Origin: an uncultured delta proteobacterium
GTDB lineage: Bacteria > Desulfobacterota > Syntrophorhabdia > Syntrophorhabdales > WCHB1-27
Reading direction: 5' to 3'
Assembly (NCBI GenBank): GCA_963816715.1
Contig: CAWFMJ010000024.1
Location: 14,111-46,110 of the forward strand
DNA length: 32,000 nucleotides
Shown: positions 16,977-25,860 of the stretch, piece after piece
Layout: the number at the start of each line of letters is the position of its first letter
Position numbering within the stretch: the stretch's first letter is position 1
Program-made: the position numbers and the translations under genes
The notes under the pieces: model-generated
Databases searched by the model: none
Told to the model about the DNA's origin: nothing
Seen by the model: the letters and a program-made list of their open reading frames with translations, nothing else

Positions 16977-17426
16977 ATGAAGAACAGAACCGAAGTTGCG
17001 GTAGAGAAGTTTATGCAGGGTTACAACTGTGCCCAGTCGGTATTCTACTCTTTTTGCGACGACGTCGGATTCGATAAGAATGCGGCGTTGAAAATAGCCT
17101 GTGGATTCGGGGCCGGCATGGGGCGCAAAGAGGAGGTCTGCGGCGCCGTAACGGGCGGGATAATCGTCATCGGTATGAAATATGGCAGGGGCGAGAACGA
17201 CGCCCGTGCGGCTACGGAACTGACCTATGCAAAGACGCGAGAGCTGATGGACCGTTTTTCAGAGAAGCGCGGGACCTTCATCTGCCGAAAGCTGCTGGAC
17301 GGCTGCGAACTCACCGCCGAGGAGGGACAAAAGCACTTCAAGGAGAAGGACCTCTCGAACAAAACATGCAAGCTGTGCGTTCAAGACGCAGTCAGCATCC
17401 TGGAAGGCATCATTCAGGCAGAGTGA
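16977..17426 (+). CDS. C_GCAxxG_C_C family protein (Cys-rich, putative redox)
   Basis: GYNCAQSVFYSFCDDVG...ACGFGAGMGRKEEVCGAVTGGIIVIGMKYG...CRKLLDGCELT...CKLCVQDAVSILE. Confidence 0.85.
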   Translation: MKNRTEVAVEKFMQGYNCAQSVFYSFCDDVGFDKNAALKIACGFGAGMGRKEEVCGAVTGGIIVIGMKYGRGENDARAATELTYAKTRELMDRFSEKRGTFICRKLLDGCELTAEEGQKHFKEKDLSNKTCKLCVQDAVSILEGIIQAE

Positions 17427-17796
17427 ACCGGCCAAATGCTGTTCAAAATCTCGTGTTTGTAACCTTTTTTGTTTGAGAAGACAAATGCGGTGGGACTTGC
17501 TCTGTTCCGTTTAATCAGTTCCCACGCCCTGTCGCTTGGGCTTGAATCCACCTGCTTTAACCGGCGGTGGATCGGGGACGAGTGCCAGCTCGGCCGGGTC
17601 AAGGCGGCGCCTTGCCGACCGCTGCCAGCAAGCCTTGAGGGGGCGTTCCCGGCCGACTATTTGCATCCGGCTCGCGGCGCCCCGATCGCCGCTCACAGCC
17701 CGCCTTCCCCTCCGTCGGGGAGCGCCTCACGAAAATTATACCGTTGCAAGAGTGGCGAACTTCCCATTCCGTCCCCCGGCAAACCTCGTCCTTTTA

Positions 17797-17825
17797 TTGA
17801 AATAGTCCTTTGCCTGTGATAGATT
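17797..17825 (+). promoter_or_regulatory. Putative sigma70-type promoter for dgt
   Basis: TTGAAA-N17-TAGATT. Confidence 0.35.
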
Positions 17826-17828
17826 ACC

Positions 17829-18890
17829 TTGGTATTATCGCTCTTTATCAATATGAATATCAGGGAAATGTTAGAGGACCGAGAGGAGAAGAACCTCTCC
17901 TCATACGCGCAGAAGAGCCGCCTTACCAGGGGACGGCTGGAGGAAGAAGTCCCCTGCGACATCAGACCGGCTTTTCAGCGCGACCGGGACAGGATTGTCC
18001 ACTGCAAAGCCTTTCGCAGGCTCAAGTATAAGACGCAGGTTTTTCTTTTCCCCTCCGACGACCATTACAGGACCCGCCTCACCCACACGCTCGAGGTTTC
18101 TCAGATCGCCAGAACGATCGCCAAGTCGCTCTTTCTGAATGAGGACCTCGTCGAGGCCATCGCGTTAGGCCACGACCTGGGCCATACCCCTTTCGGCCAT
18201 TCGGGGGAAGCGACCTTGCACAAGCTTCACCCGGGGGGCTTCCGCCACAACGAGCAGAGTCTGCGAGTGGTCGATGTCCTTGAGAGGGAAGGGCGCGGCC
18301 TGAATCTGACCATTGAAGTGCGGGACGGAATATTGAAGCATTCCAAAGGACGGGGATCTCTGATCGTGAAAGACGAGGCGAAAAAACCGCTTACCAGAGA
18401 GGCGGAAGTGGTCAGGATCGCCGATGTGATCGCCTACATCAATCACGACATCGACGACGCTATAAGGGGCGGCGTGATTGCGCTGGAAGACCTGCCCGCC
18501 CGATGCCGAAAGGTTCTCGGCGAGACGCATTCGAAGCGAATAGATCGCATGGTGCGAGCGGTAATAGGGGAGACGGCAAAGCGAGGCAACATGGCCGTCG
18601 AGCCCGAGATTGAAGAATGTATGATGGAGCTTCGCGACTTCCTCTACTTTCGTGTCTACGAAAATCCGACCGTGCACGAAGAATTCGAGAAGTGCTCAAA
18701 GATTATCGAGGAGATTTACCGCTATTTCATGGACCGGCCGGACGCCTTTCTTCAAGAGGCGGGATACAAAACGTTTCTGGCGCCGCCTGCGGTCAGCGTC
18801 TGCGATTTCATAGCGGGAATGACGGATCGCTACGCCTTTACTCTTTTTGAGAAGCTATTCCTTCCCATGCCTTGGAAGATGCCCGTTTAA
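17829..18890 (+). CDS. dgt: Deoxyguanosinetriphosphate triphosphohydrolase-like HD protein (start possibly ATG 17853 or 17865)
   Basis: [65 protein letters not shown]. Confidence 0.92.
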   Translation: MVLSLFINMNIREMLEDREEKNLSSYAQKSRLTRGRLEEEVPCDIRPAFQRDRDRIVHCKAFRRLKYKTQVFLFPSDDHYRTRLTHTLEVSQIARTIAKSLFLNEDLVEAIALGHDLGHTPFGHSGEATLHKLHPGGFRHNEQSLRVVDVLEREGRGLNLTIEVRDGILKHSKGRGSLIVKDEAKKPLTREAEVVRIADVIAYINHDIDDAIRGGVIALEDLPARCRKVLGETHSKRIDRMVRAVIGETAKRGNMAVEPEIEECMMELRDFLYFRVYENPTVHEEFEKCSKIIEEIYRYFMDRPDAFLQEAGYKTFLAPPAVSVCDFIAGMTDRYAFTLFEKLFLPMPWKMPV

Positions 18891-18902
18891 AGGGGAGAAA
18901 GA

Positions 18903-19817
18903 ATGAAGAAAACAATAGTCGTGGCGGACAAAGACGAAAAGGTGCAGCAAGCCTTTATGACCATCTTCTCCAAGGAGCAATATACGATCCTCTGGGCCCC
19001 GAACGGAAAAGATTTAGAAAAGATTGCGGCCAAAGCCAACCCCGACATCTACCTCGTCAATATCAGCCTCCCCAAACTCAACGGCATTGAGGTTCATCGG
19101 AAGCTCCAAAAGGAAGGCCGACTCGACCGCGCGACCTTTTTCTTCCTCAAGGATGAGGCCGACGTTGAGCCGCTGGGGATCGACGTCGACGGCGTCATAG
19201 AGAAGCCGATCAACTTTTTCAGGGTCTACGAGACCCTCACGGGCGATGATGAGGTGATCGAGCTCACCGATCTCGTGGAGGAAAAAAGGCCGGTGGACGA
19301 AAGAAAGCCGGAAAGCGCGTCGGCGGCCAGGAGTGCGCCGCGGCAGGTTGAAAGCGCTCCGCTTCAAGCCAAGAGCGTGCCGAACCGGACCGAGAGCAGG
19401 GAAAAAGAGGCGCCGCCGGCCCAAGCCCGTCTGGAACGCGCCATCGAAGAATTGCCCCCAAAACCAAGAGCAGAATGGACGAAAGGCGCCGCGGGCGAGG
19501 AGGGAGAGGCGCAAACGATCATCGGACGCCAACTGCGACAGGCGATGGAGACAGTCCGGGAAGGCGTCGTCTCCGCCGAAGAGACAGATGAGCGTGTTTC
19601 CGTAACGAGCCCGGCCCCGCTGTCGGCGGAGCTTCAGCAGCAGCTCAAGGCGGTGCTCAACCAGGCCATGGAAGAGGCAGCCGACAAGCTGTCCAGCCGG
19701 CTCGCTCCCATCCTGACCCGGTACGTCGAAGATTACGTCCGGCAAATGCTTTTGGAAATCACCGAAAAAGTGATCAGAGAAGAAATCGACAAACTATTGA
19801 AGGAGTCCATTGCGTGA
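18903..19817 (+). CDS. Receiver-like (pseudo-REC) domain protein with long low-complexity linker and C-terminal helical segment
   Basis: MKKTIVVADKDEKVQQAFMTIFSKEQYTILWAPNGKDLEKIAAKANPDIYLVNISLPKLNGIEV; C-term ILTRYVEDYVRQMLLEITEKVIREEIDKLL. Confidence 0.7.
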   Translation: MKKTIVVADKDEKVQQAFMTIFSKEQYTILWAPNGKDLEKIAAKANPDIYLVNISLPKLNGIEVHRKLQKEGRLDRATFFFLKDEADVEPLGIDVDGVIEKPINFFRVYETLTGDDEVIELTDLVEEKRPVDERKPESASAARSAPRQVESAPLQAKSVPNRTESREKEAPPAQARLERAIEELPPKPRAEWTKGAAGEEGEAQTIIGRQLRQAMETVREGVVSAEETDERVSVTSPAPLSAELQQQLKAVLNQAMEEAADKLSSRLAPILTRYVEDYVRQMLLEITEKVIREEIDKLLKESIA

Positions 19818-22465
19818 TAGAGAAGGTTTACGATCCGAAGCAGGTGGAGCAGAAATGGCGTCAGTACTGGATGGAAAAGGGTTATTTCATCGCGAAGAGC
19901 AAGTCGGAAAAGCCGCCTTTTTCGGTCGTGATACCGCCGCCCAACGTTACGGGCGTTCTGCATATGGGCCATGCCCTCAATAATACCCTCCAGGACATTG
20001 TCGTGCGCTTCAAGAGAATGTCGGGATTCAACGCCCTATGGCTGCCGGGCACGGACCACGCGGGCATCGCGACGCAGAACGTGGTGGAAAGGGAGCTTGC
20101 CAAAGAGGGTCTCAGCGCCGAAAGCATAGGAAGAGATGCTTTCATAAAAAGAGTCTGGGAATGGAAGGAGAAATCGGGCGGCCGCATCATTGAGCAACTC
20201 AAAGCATTGGGCGCCTCCTGCGATTGGTCCCGGGAGCGATTCACCATGGACGAAGGGCTGAGCCGGGCCGTGCGGGAGGTCTTCGTCAGGCTCTACGAAG
20301 AGGGGCTCATTTACCGGGGCAACTATATCATCAACTGGTGCCCGCGGTGCAAAACGGCCCTTTCCGACGTGGAGGTGGAGCACGAAGAGACGAAGGGACG
20401 CCTCTATTACATAAAATACCCGCTTGCAGACGGCGCCGGTTTTCTCACCGTCGCGACGACGAGGCCGGAGACCATGCTGGGGGATACGGCACTGGCGGTC
20501 AATCCGGAGGACGTCAGATATAGTTCGCTCGTTGGGAAAGAAGTGGTCCTCCCCCTTGCCGGCAGAAAGATCCCTGTTATCGGCGATGCCTACGTCGACA
20601 TGGCCTTCGGAACGGGGGCGCTCAAAATCACCCCCGGCCACGACTTCAACGACTTCGAGATCGGCAAAAAACATAATCTCGGGGTGGTGAAGGTCATTGA
20701 CGACGCGGGCCGCATGAACGAGCAGGCGCTCCAATACAACGGAATGGACCGGTTTGAGGCGAGGGAGCGGATCGTCGAGGACCTCCGGAAGGAGGGCCTC
20801 CTCGAGAAGATAGAAGACTACCCGCTCGTTATCGGGCGGTGCTACCGCTGCAAAACCATTGTCGAGCCCATCGTCTCGCTCCAGTGGTTCGTCTCCATGA
20901 AGCCTCTTGCCGCCGCGGCGATCGAAGCGGTGCGGGAACACCGGGTTTCCATCATCCCCGACATGTGGGAGAAGGTCTATTACGAGTGGATGGAGAACAT
21001 CAAGGACTGGTGCATATCGCGCCAGATCTGGTGGGGACACCGCATCCCCGTCTGGTATTGCGATAAATGCAACGAAACCTTTGTCTCCCGACAGGACGTG
21101 ACGGAATGTCCCCGGTGCGGCGGCGCGCCGAGACAGGAATCTGATGTGCTCGACACCTGGTTCTCATCCGGCCTCTGGCCCTTTTCTACCCTCGGCTGGC
21201 CCGACGAGACTGACGATCTCAAGACGTTCTATCCCACGTCCCTGCTGGTGACCGGCTTCGACATACTCTTCTTCTGGGTTGCCCGGATGATCATGATGGG
21301 GCTCCATTTCATGGGCGACATCCCCTTCAAGGATGTTTACATCCACGCCCTCGTGAGGGATGCCGAGGGCAAGAAAATGAGCAAATCAAAGGGGAACGTG
21401 ATCGATCCCCTGGTGATGATCGACAAATACGGCGCCGACGCCTTCCGGTTCACCTTCGCCATGCTGGCGGCCCAGGGAAGGGATGTGCTGCTTTCGGAGG
21501 AGCGCATCGAGGGAACCAGGAACTTCGTCAACAAGATCTGGAACGCTGCCCGTCTCACGATCTCGCTCCTCGAGTCTTCGCTCGAGGACAATGCGGTGTT
21601 GTTCGCCGAGCCCGTCCAATCGACATTTCTCCCCGACAAATGGATCGTCTCGCGATTGCAACGGGTGACGAAAGAGGTTTCTGAGGCGATCGACGCCTAC
21701 CGGTTCAGCGATGCGGCCCACGGCCTCTACGGCTTCGTCTGGCACGAGTTCTGCGATTGGTACCTGGAGCTGATAAAGCCGAACCTCTACGGCAAAGTAA
21801 CCGGTTTCGACGCCGCCGCAACCGCTTCGACCCTCTATTTCACCTTCGTGCATATCCTCAAGCTGCTCCATCCGTTCATGCCCTTTGTCACCGAGGAGCT
21901 TTACCAGAAACTGCCCCACCGGCAGGAAGCGGCCCTGACCGTCTCGTCGTTCCCGCGCTACGACGAAAGCAGGGTGGATGAGACGAGCGAGGCGCAGATG
22001 GGCATGGTCATGTCGATTATCGACACGGTCAGGAACATGCGCGGCGAGATGGGCTTCCCTCCGAGCGCGAAGGTCGAGCTGCTGCTCCGGACGGACAATC
22101 ACCGCGCCCTTTTGGACACGTACGGATACTACATCAAAGATCTGGCGCGGGCTTCCGACATCGCCTACGTGACCGGCGCGGCGCCGAAGAGGGCTGCCCT
22201 CGGCATCAGCAAAGACGTCGAGGTGTTCATCCCCATCCGCGACGCAGAGGTCATCAATAGGGAAATGGCGCGGGTGGAGAAGGAACTCGGCCGAATCGCG
22301 GGAGAGATCGACAGGGCGTTCAACAAAATAAACAACCGGGCGTTCAGGGAAAAAGCGCCCGACGAGGTCCTGGCAAAAGAAGAGGCCAATTTCGAAGAGC
22401 TTCGCTCAAAAAGGGAGAAGCTCCTTGGCAGCAAGTCGATGCTTGAAGAGATTCTGCGGGCATGA
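19814..22465 (+). CDS. valS: Valyl-tRNA synthetase (GTG start overlapping the previous stop, GTGA)
   Basis: PPNVTGVLHMGHALNNTLQD (HIGH-like), GTDHAGIATQNVVER, KMSKSKGNVIDPL (KMSKS), C-terminal coiled coil. Confidence 0.97.
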   Translation: MIEKVYDPKQVEQKWRQYWMEKGYFIAKSKSEKPPFSVVIPPPNVTGVLHMGHALNNTLQDIVVRFKRMSGFNALWLPGTDHAGIATQNVVERELAKEGLSAESIGRDAFIKRVWEWKEKSGGRIIEQLKALGASCDWSRERFTMDEGLSRAVREVFVRLYEEGLIYRGNYIINWCPRCKTALSDVEVEHEETKGRLYYIKYPLADGAGFLTVATTRPETMLGDTALAVNPEDVRYSSLVGKEVVLPLAGRKIPVIGDAYVDMAFGTGALKITPGHDFNDFEIGKKHNLGVVKVIDDAGRMNEQALQYNGMDRFEARERIVEDLRKEGLLEKIEDYPLVIGRCYRCKTIVEPIVSLQWFVSMKPLAAAAIEAVREHRVSIIPDMWEKVYYEWMENIKDWCISRQIWWGHRIPVWYCDKCNETFVSRQDVTECPRCGGAPRQESDVLDTWFSSGLWPFSTLGWPDETDDLKTFYPTSLLVTGFDILFFWVARMIMMGLHFMGDIPFKDVYIHALVRDAEGKKMSKSKGNVIDPLVMIDKYGADAFRFTFAMLAAQGRDVLLSEERIEGTRNFVNKIWNAARLTISLLESSLEDNAVLFAEPVQSTFLPDKWIVSRLQRVTKEVSEAIDAYRFSDAAHGLYGFVWHEFCDWYLELIKPNLYGKVTGFDAAATASTLYFTFVHILKLLHPFMPFVTEELYQKLPHRQEAALTVSSFPRYDESRVDETSEAQMGMVMSIIDTVRNMRGEMGFPPSAKVELLLRTDNHRALLDTYGYYIKDLARASDIAYVTGAAPKRAALGISKDVEVFIPIRDAEVINREMARVEKELGRIAGEIDRAFNKINNRAFREKAPDEVLAKEEANFEELRSKREKLLGSKSMLEEILRA

Positions 22466-22483
22466 TGAGAGCAGCCCGAAGGA

Positions 22484-22575
22484 CGAGGGACGATCGTTCG
22501 CTGCGCTCGATAGGACGAAAAAACCTTTTCGTCCATCATCCTAGTCCCGAAGGGACGGTCGTCCATCATCCCTCG
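22484..22575. repeat. Imperfect palindromic/mosaic repeat between valS and gatC
   Basis: Hairpin GGACGAAAA-AACC-TTTTCGTCC (22513-22534), hairpin GTCCC-GAA-GGGAC (22544-22556), direct repeat CGTCCATCATCC at 22530-22541 and 22560-22571, outer arms CGAGGGACGA / TCATCCCTCG. Confidence 0.6.
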
Positions 22576-22619
22576 GGCAGTAAAGCAAAGCGGTCGTACA
22601 TCGGATAAACGAGGTGCAT

Positions 22620-22913
22620 ATGAAAATGACCGGAAAGGACGTCGAATACGTCGCCCATTTGGGCAGGCTGGAGCTTGCGCCCGAAGAGATCGATCTGTAC
22701 ACACAGCAACTGGACCGCATCCTCGCTTACATGGACCAGCTCAATTCACTCGATACAACGGGAATAGAGCCGACGACCCATGCCATCCCCATGACGAACG
22801 TCTTGAGGCAAGACGAAGTGCGGCAGAATTTTCAGGTGGAGGAGGCTGTCGGCAACGCCCCCGAGCGCGTCGGTCCCTTCTTCAAGGTTCCGCCCATCAT
22901 AGAAACCGAATAG
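22620..22913 (+). CDS. gatC: Asp-tRNA(Asn)/Glu-tRNA(Gln) amidotransferase subunit C
   Basis: [60 protein letters not shown]. Confidence 0.93.
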   Translation: MKMTGKDVEYVAHLGRLELAPEEIDLYTQQLDRILAYMDQLNSLDTTGIEPTTHAIPMTNVLRQDEVRQNFQVEEAVGNAPERVGPFFKVPPIIETE

Positions 22914-22921
22914 GAGACGGC

Positions 22922-24382
22922 ATGGAAGAGCTTTTGCAAAAAGACATCGCGGAACTGAGGGGTCTGTTGAAAAGCGGAGAAATGACGTCCGTTGAGCTGA
23001 CCCGCTTCTACCTTGACAGGATAAAGAAATACGACGAGCTGACCGGGTGTTACCTGAGGCTGACGGAAGAGCTGGCGCTCAGGAAAGCTGCGGAGGCCGA
23101 CGAAAGAATACGCGCGGGGAAAGACGGCGAGCTGACCGGCATTCCTTTCGGCATGAAGGACATTCTCTGCGCCAAAGGGATCGAAACGACCTGCGCCTCT
23201 CAGATGCTCAAGGGTTTCGTGCCGCCCTATGACGCGACGGTCATCAGAAAATTGGACGAAAGCGGTTACATCCACCTGGGCAGGATCAACATGGACGAGT
23301 TCGCCATGGGTTCGTCCACAGAGAACTCCTCTTATCAAATCACGAAGAACCCGTGGGACCTGGAGCGTATACCCGGCGGCTCGAGCGGCGGTTCCGCCGC
23401 GGCCGTGGTTGCCGGTCTCTGCGCGGCAACGTTGGGGACGGACACGGGCGGTTCCATCAGACAACCGGCGAGTCTCTGCGGCGCCGTCGGCCTGAAGCCC
23501 ACGTACGGAAGGGTGTCGCGTTACGGTTTGGTGGCCTTTGCCTCGTCCCTCGATCAGATAGGACCGATCACCAAAAGCGTGGCCGACTGCGCCATCGTGC
23601 TGAAGACGATCGCCGGCCACGATCCCTTGGATTCGACTTCCATCCCGCAGCCGGTCCCCGATTATCCTGCTGTGCTCGGTAAGGAGATCAAGGGTTTGCG
23701 GCTCGGCATGCCCAAGGAATACTTCATTGAAGGGATGGAAAAAGAGGTGAAGGAAGCGGTCGAAGGATCGCTCAAGACCTTCGAGTCCCTCGGCGCCCGG
23801 ATAGTTCCTATTTCTCTTCCCCATACTGAGTATGCCGTCGCCTGCTACTACATCATCTGCACCGCCGAGGCGTCCTCCAATCTCGCCCGCTATGACGGGG
23901 TAAAGTACGGCATGCGGGTTGAGGGCAAGGACATTATCGATATGTACAAGCGAACGCGGTCGGCCGGCTTCGGAAAAGAGGTCAAAAGGCGCATTATCCT
24001 CGGCACCTACGTCCTCTCTTCGGGCTACTACGACGCCTATTACCGCAAGGCTGGCCAGGTGAGGACCCTGATAAGGGGAGATTTCGACAAGGCCTTCGAG
24101 CAGTGCGACGCCATCGTCACGCCGGTCTCCCCGACCACGGCTTTCAGGATCGGTGAGAAGACCGATGATCCGCTTACCATGTATCTCTCGGACATCTTTA
24201 CCATACCGGTGAATCTCGCCGGTCTGCCCGCAATTTCCCTGCCCTGCGGGTTCGATGGCAAAGGATTGCCCATCGGTCTGCAGATCATCGGCAGGCCGCT
24301 CGACGAGGCGACCCTGCTCCAGGCGTCCTATCTTCTGGAGACGGAGAAGAAGCTGAAGAAGATGCCCGACAGGTTCGCATGA
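22922..24382 (+). CDS. gatA: Asp-tRNA(Asn)/Glu-tRNA(Gln) amidotransferase subunit A
   Basis: [79 protein letters not shown]. Confidence 0.97.
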   Translation: MEELLQKDIAELRGLLKSGEMTSVELTRFYLDRIKKYDELTGCYLRLTEELALRKAAEADERIRAGKDGELTGIPFGMKDILCAKGIETTCASQMLKGFVPPYDATVIRKLDESGYIHLGRINMDEFAMGSSTENSSYQITKNPWDLERIPGGSSGGSAAAVVAGLCAATLGTDTGGSIRQPASLCGAVGLKPTYGRVSRYGLVAFASSLDQIGPITKSVADCAIVLKTIAGHDPLDSTSIPQPVPDYPAVLGKEIKGLRLGMPKEYFIEGMEKEVKEAVEGSLKTFESLGARIVPISLPHTEYAVACYYIICTAEASSNLARYDGVKYGMRVEGKDIIDMYKRTRSAGFGKEVKRRIILGTYVLSSGYYDAYYRKAGQVRTLIRGDFDKAFEQCDAIVTPVSPTTAFRIGEKTDDPLTMYLSDIFTIPVNLAGLPAISLPCGFDGKGLPIGLQIIGRPLDEATLLQASYLLETEKKLKKMPDRFA

Positions 24383-25023
24383 CCGCGGAGACGCCCGATC
24401 CGCAAGGCTTTCTCTCCGCCCTTTTGAACATGGGCATAGACCGCTACGTCTCGGGGAAGCAGGAAGGGCCCACTCTTGCCCGCCTCAAGGGGCAGGTGGA
24501 TGCCTGCACTCGTTGCGAGCTGAGCCGCACCCGGCGCTCCGTCGTCTTCGGGGAAGGCGACGAGGCCGCCCGGCTGGTCTTTGTCGGGGAGGCGCCGGGC
24601 GAGGAAGAAGATCGCCAGGGCAGACCCTTTGTCGGCAGGGCGGGCAAGCTCCTCGACCAGATGATCGAACGAATAGGTCTTCAGCGGAAAGAGGTCTTCA
24701 TCTGCAATGTCCTCAAATGCAGGCCGCCCAACAACCGGGACCCGGAACCCGGCGAGGCGGAACTCTGCAAAGGCTACCTGTTCGCCCAGCTTGAGATAAT
24801 AGAACCGCACCTCATCTGCACCCTCGGGAAGCACGCCTACAATACGCTCCTCGGCGTCGACGCGCGGATCACCCGCATCCGCGGCATCCTCACCTCCTAC
24901 CGCGGGATCAAGCTCCTGCCCACCTACCACCCGTCTTATCTGCTCAGGAACCAGAGCGCAATCAAAGAAGCTTACGAAGATATGGAGAAGGTAAAGAGCC
25001 TCCTCGCGGCTGAGAGGGGCTGA
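24379..25023 (+). CDS. Family 4 (Fe-S) uracil-DNA glycosylase
   Basis: [79 protein letters not shown]; ATGA overlap with gatA. Confidence 0.92.
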   Translation: MTAETPDPQGFLSALLNMGIDRYVSGKQEGPTLARLKGQVDACTRCELSRTRRSVVFGEGDEAARLVFVGEAPGEEEDRQGRPFVGRAGKLLDQMIERIGLQRKEVFICNVLKCRPPNNRDPEPGEAELCKGYLFAQLEIIEPHLICTLGKHAYNTLLGVDARITRIRGILTSYRGIKLLPTYHPSYLLRNQSAIKEAYEDMEKVKSLLAAERG

Positions 25024-25063
25024 AAACAATCGAAGCATGACGGGACTTCTTCTCCCGTTCCGG

Positions 25064-25092
25064 TTGAGAAAGCAATCTCGTCGCATTATATT
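25064..25092 (+). promoter_or_regulatory. Putative sigma70-type promoter upstream of ku
   Basis: TTGAGA-N17-TATATT, ending 10 nt before the ku ATG; preceded by a small hairpin ACGGGA-CTTCTTC-TCCCGT. Confidence 0.4.
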
Positions 25093-25102
25093 CGAATAAG
25101 CT

Positions 25103-25789
25103 ATGCGTCCAATCTGGTCAGGCGCCGTCAGCTTCGGGTTGATCAACATCCCAGTGAAGCTCTACTCGGCGGTAGGGGAAAAGGGTCCCGACCTTGACAT
25201 GCTCAGGCGTCAGGATCTTTGTCCCATACGGTACGCACGGGTCTGCCGCGACACGGGGGAGGAGGTCCCCTATGAGGATATCGTGAAAGGCTATGAGTAC
25301 CGAAAGGGCGATTATGTCGTTCTCGAAGACGAGGACTTCAAACGGGCCGCTGCCGTGAAGACCCAGACCATCGACATTGTGGAATTTGTCGACGTCAGCG
25401 AAGTAGACCCGAAGTTCTTTGAGAAACCTTACTACCTCGAGCCGACGAAACAGTCAGCCAAGGCCTACGCCATTTTGCGGGAAGCCCTGAAAAAAACAGG
25501 GAAAGTGGGCGTGGGCGTCTTCGTTCTCCGCAACCGGGAACGCCCGATCGCCCTCAAGCCGGAGGGGGACCTCATCGTGCTCGAACAGATGCGCTTCGTC
25601 GACGAGATCAGGACGCCCGAGGGACTCAATTTGCCCTCGAAGGACGAAGCGACCGAGCGGGAGCTGGACATCGCGATAAAATTGATCGACCAACTCGCGG
25701 AGCCCTTCAAGCCCGAGCAGTTTCACGACTCCTACAAAGAGGAACTGGAAAAAGCTAGTGCAGGACAAAATTCAGGGAAAACCGCCTGA
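25103..25789 (+). CDS. ku: Ku protein of bacterial NHEJ; C-terminal tail appears displaced to another frame (to 25886)
   Basis: MRPIWSGAVSFGLINIPVKLYSAV, GYEYRKGDYVVLEDEDF, FFEKPYYLEP, RFVDEIR. After the AAAAA run at 25749-25753 the alternative frame encodes KLVQDKIQGKPPEAPKEAPTPTEVPDLMAKLRESLEYARKRKTA*. Confidence 0.93.
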   Translation: MRPIWSGAVSFGLINIPVKLYSAVGEKGPDLDMLRRQDLCPIRYARVCRDTGEEVPYEDIVKGYEYRKGDYVVLEDEDFKRAAAVKTQTIDIVEFVDVSEVDPKFFEKPYYLEPTKQSAKAYAILREALKKTGKVGVGVFVLRNRERPIALKPEGDLIVLEQMRFVDEIRTPEGLNLPSKDEATERELDIAIKLIDQLAEPFKPEQFHDSYKEELEKASAGQNSGKTA

Positions 25790-25860
25790 AGCCCCCAAAG
25801 AGGCGCCGACGCCGACGGAAGTGCCGGACCTCATGGCAAAGCTCCGGGAAAGTCTCGAGT

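Noticed and set aside
17430-17828. 116-aa ORF 17469..17819 and overlapping small ORFs in the ~400-bp gap before dgt
   Set aside because: Amino-acid composition looks random and no motif was seen; treated as intergenic. It is still the other edge of the ars/hgc locus.
20036-21040. 334-aa minus-strand ORF opposite valS (and 22832-23824 opposite gatA)
   Set aside because: Both are antisense to strongly conserved housekeeping genes.
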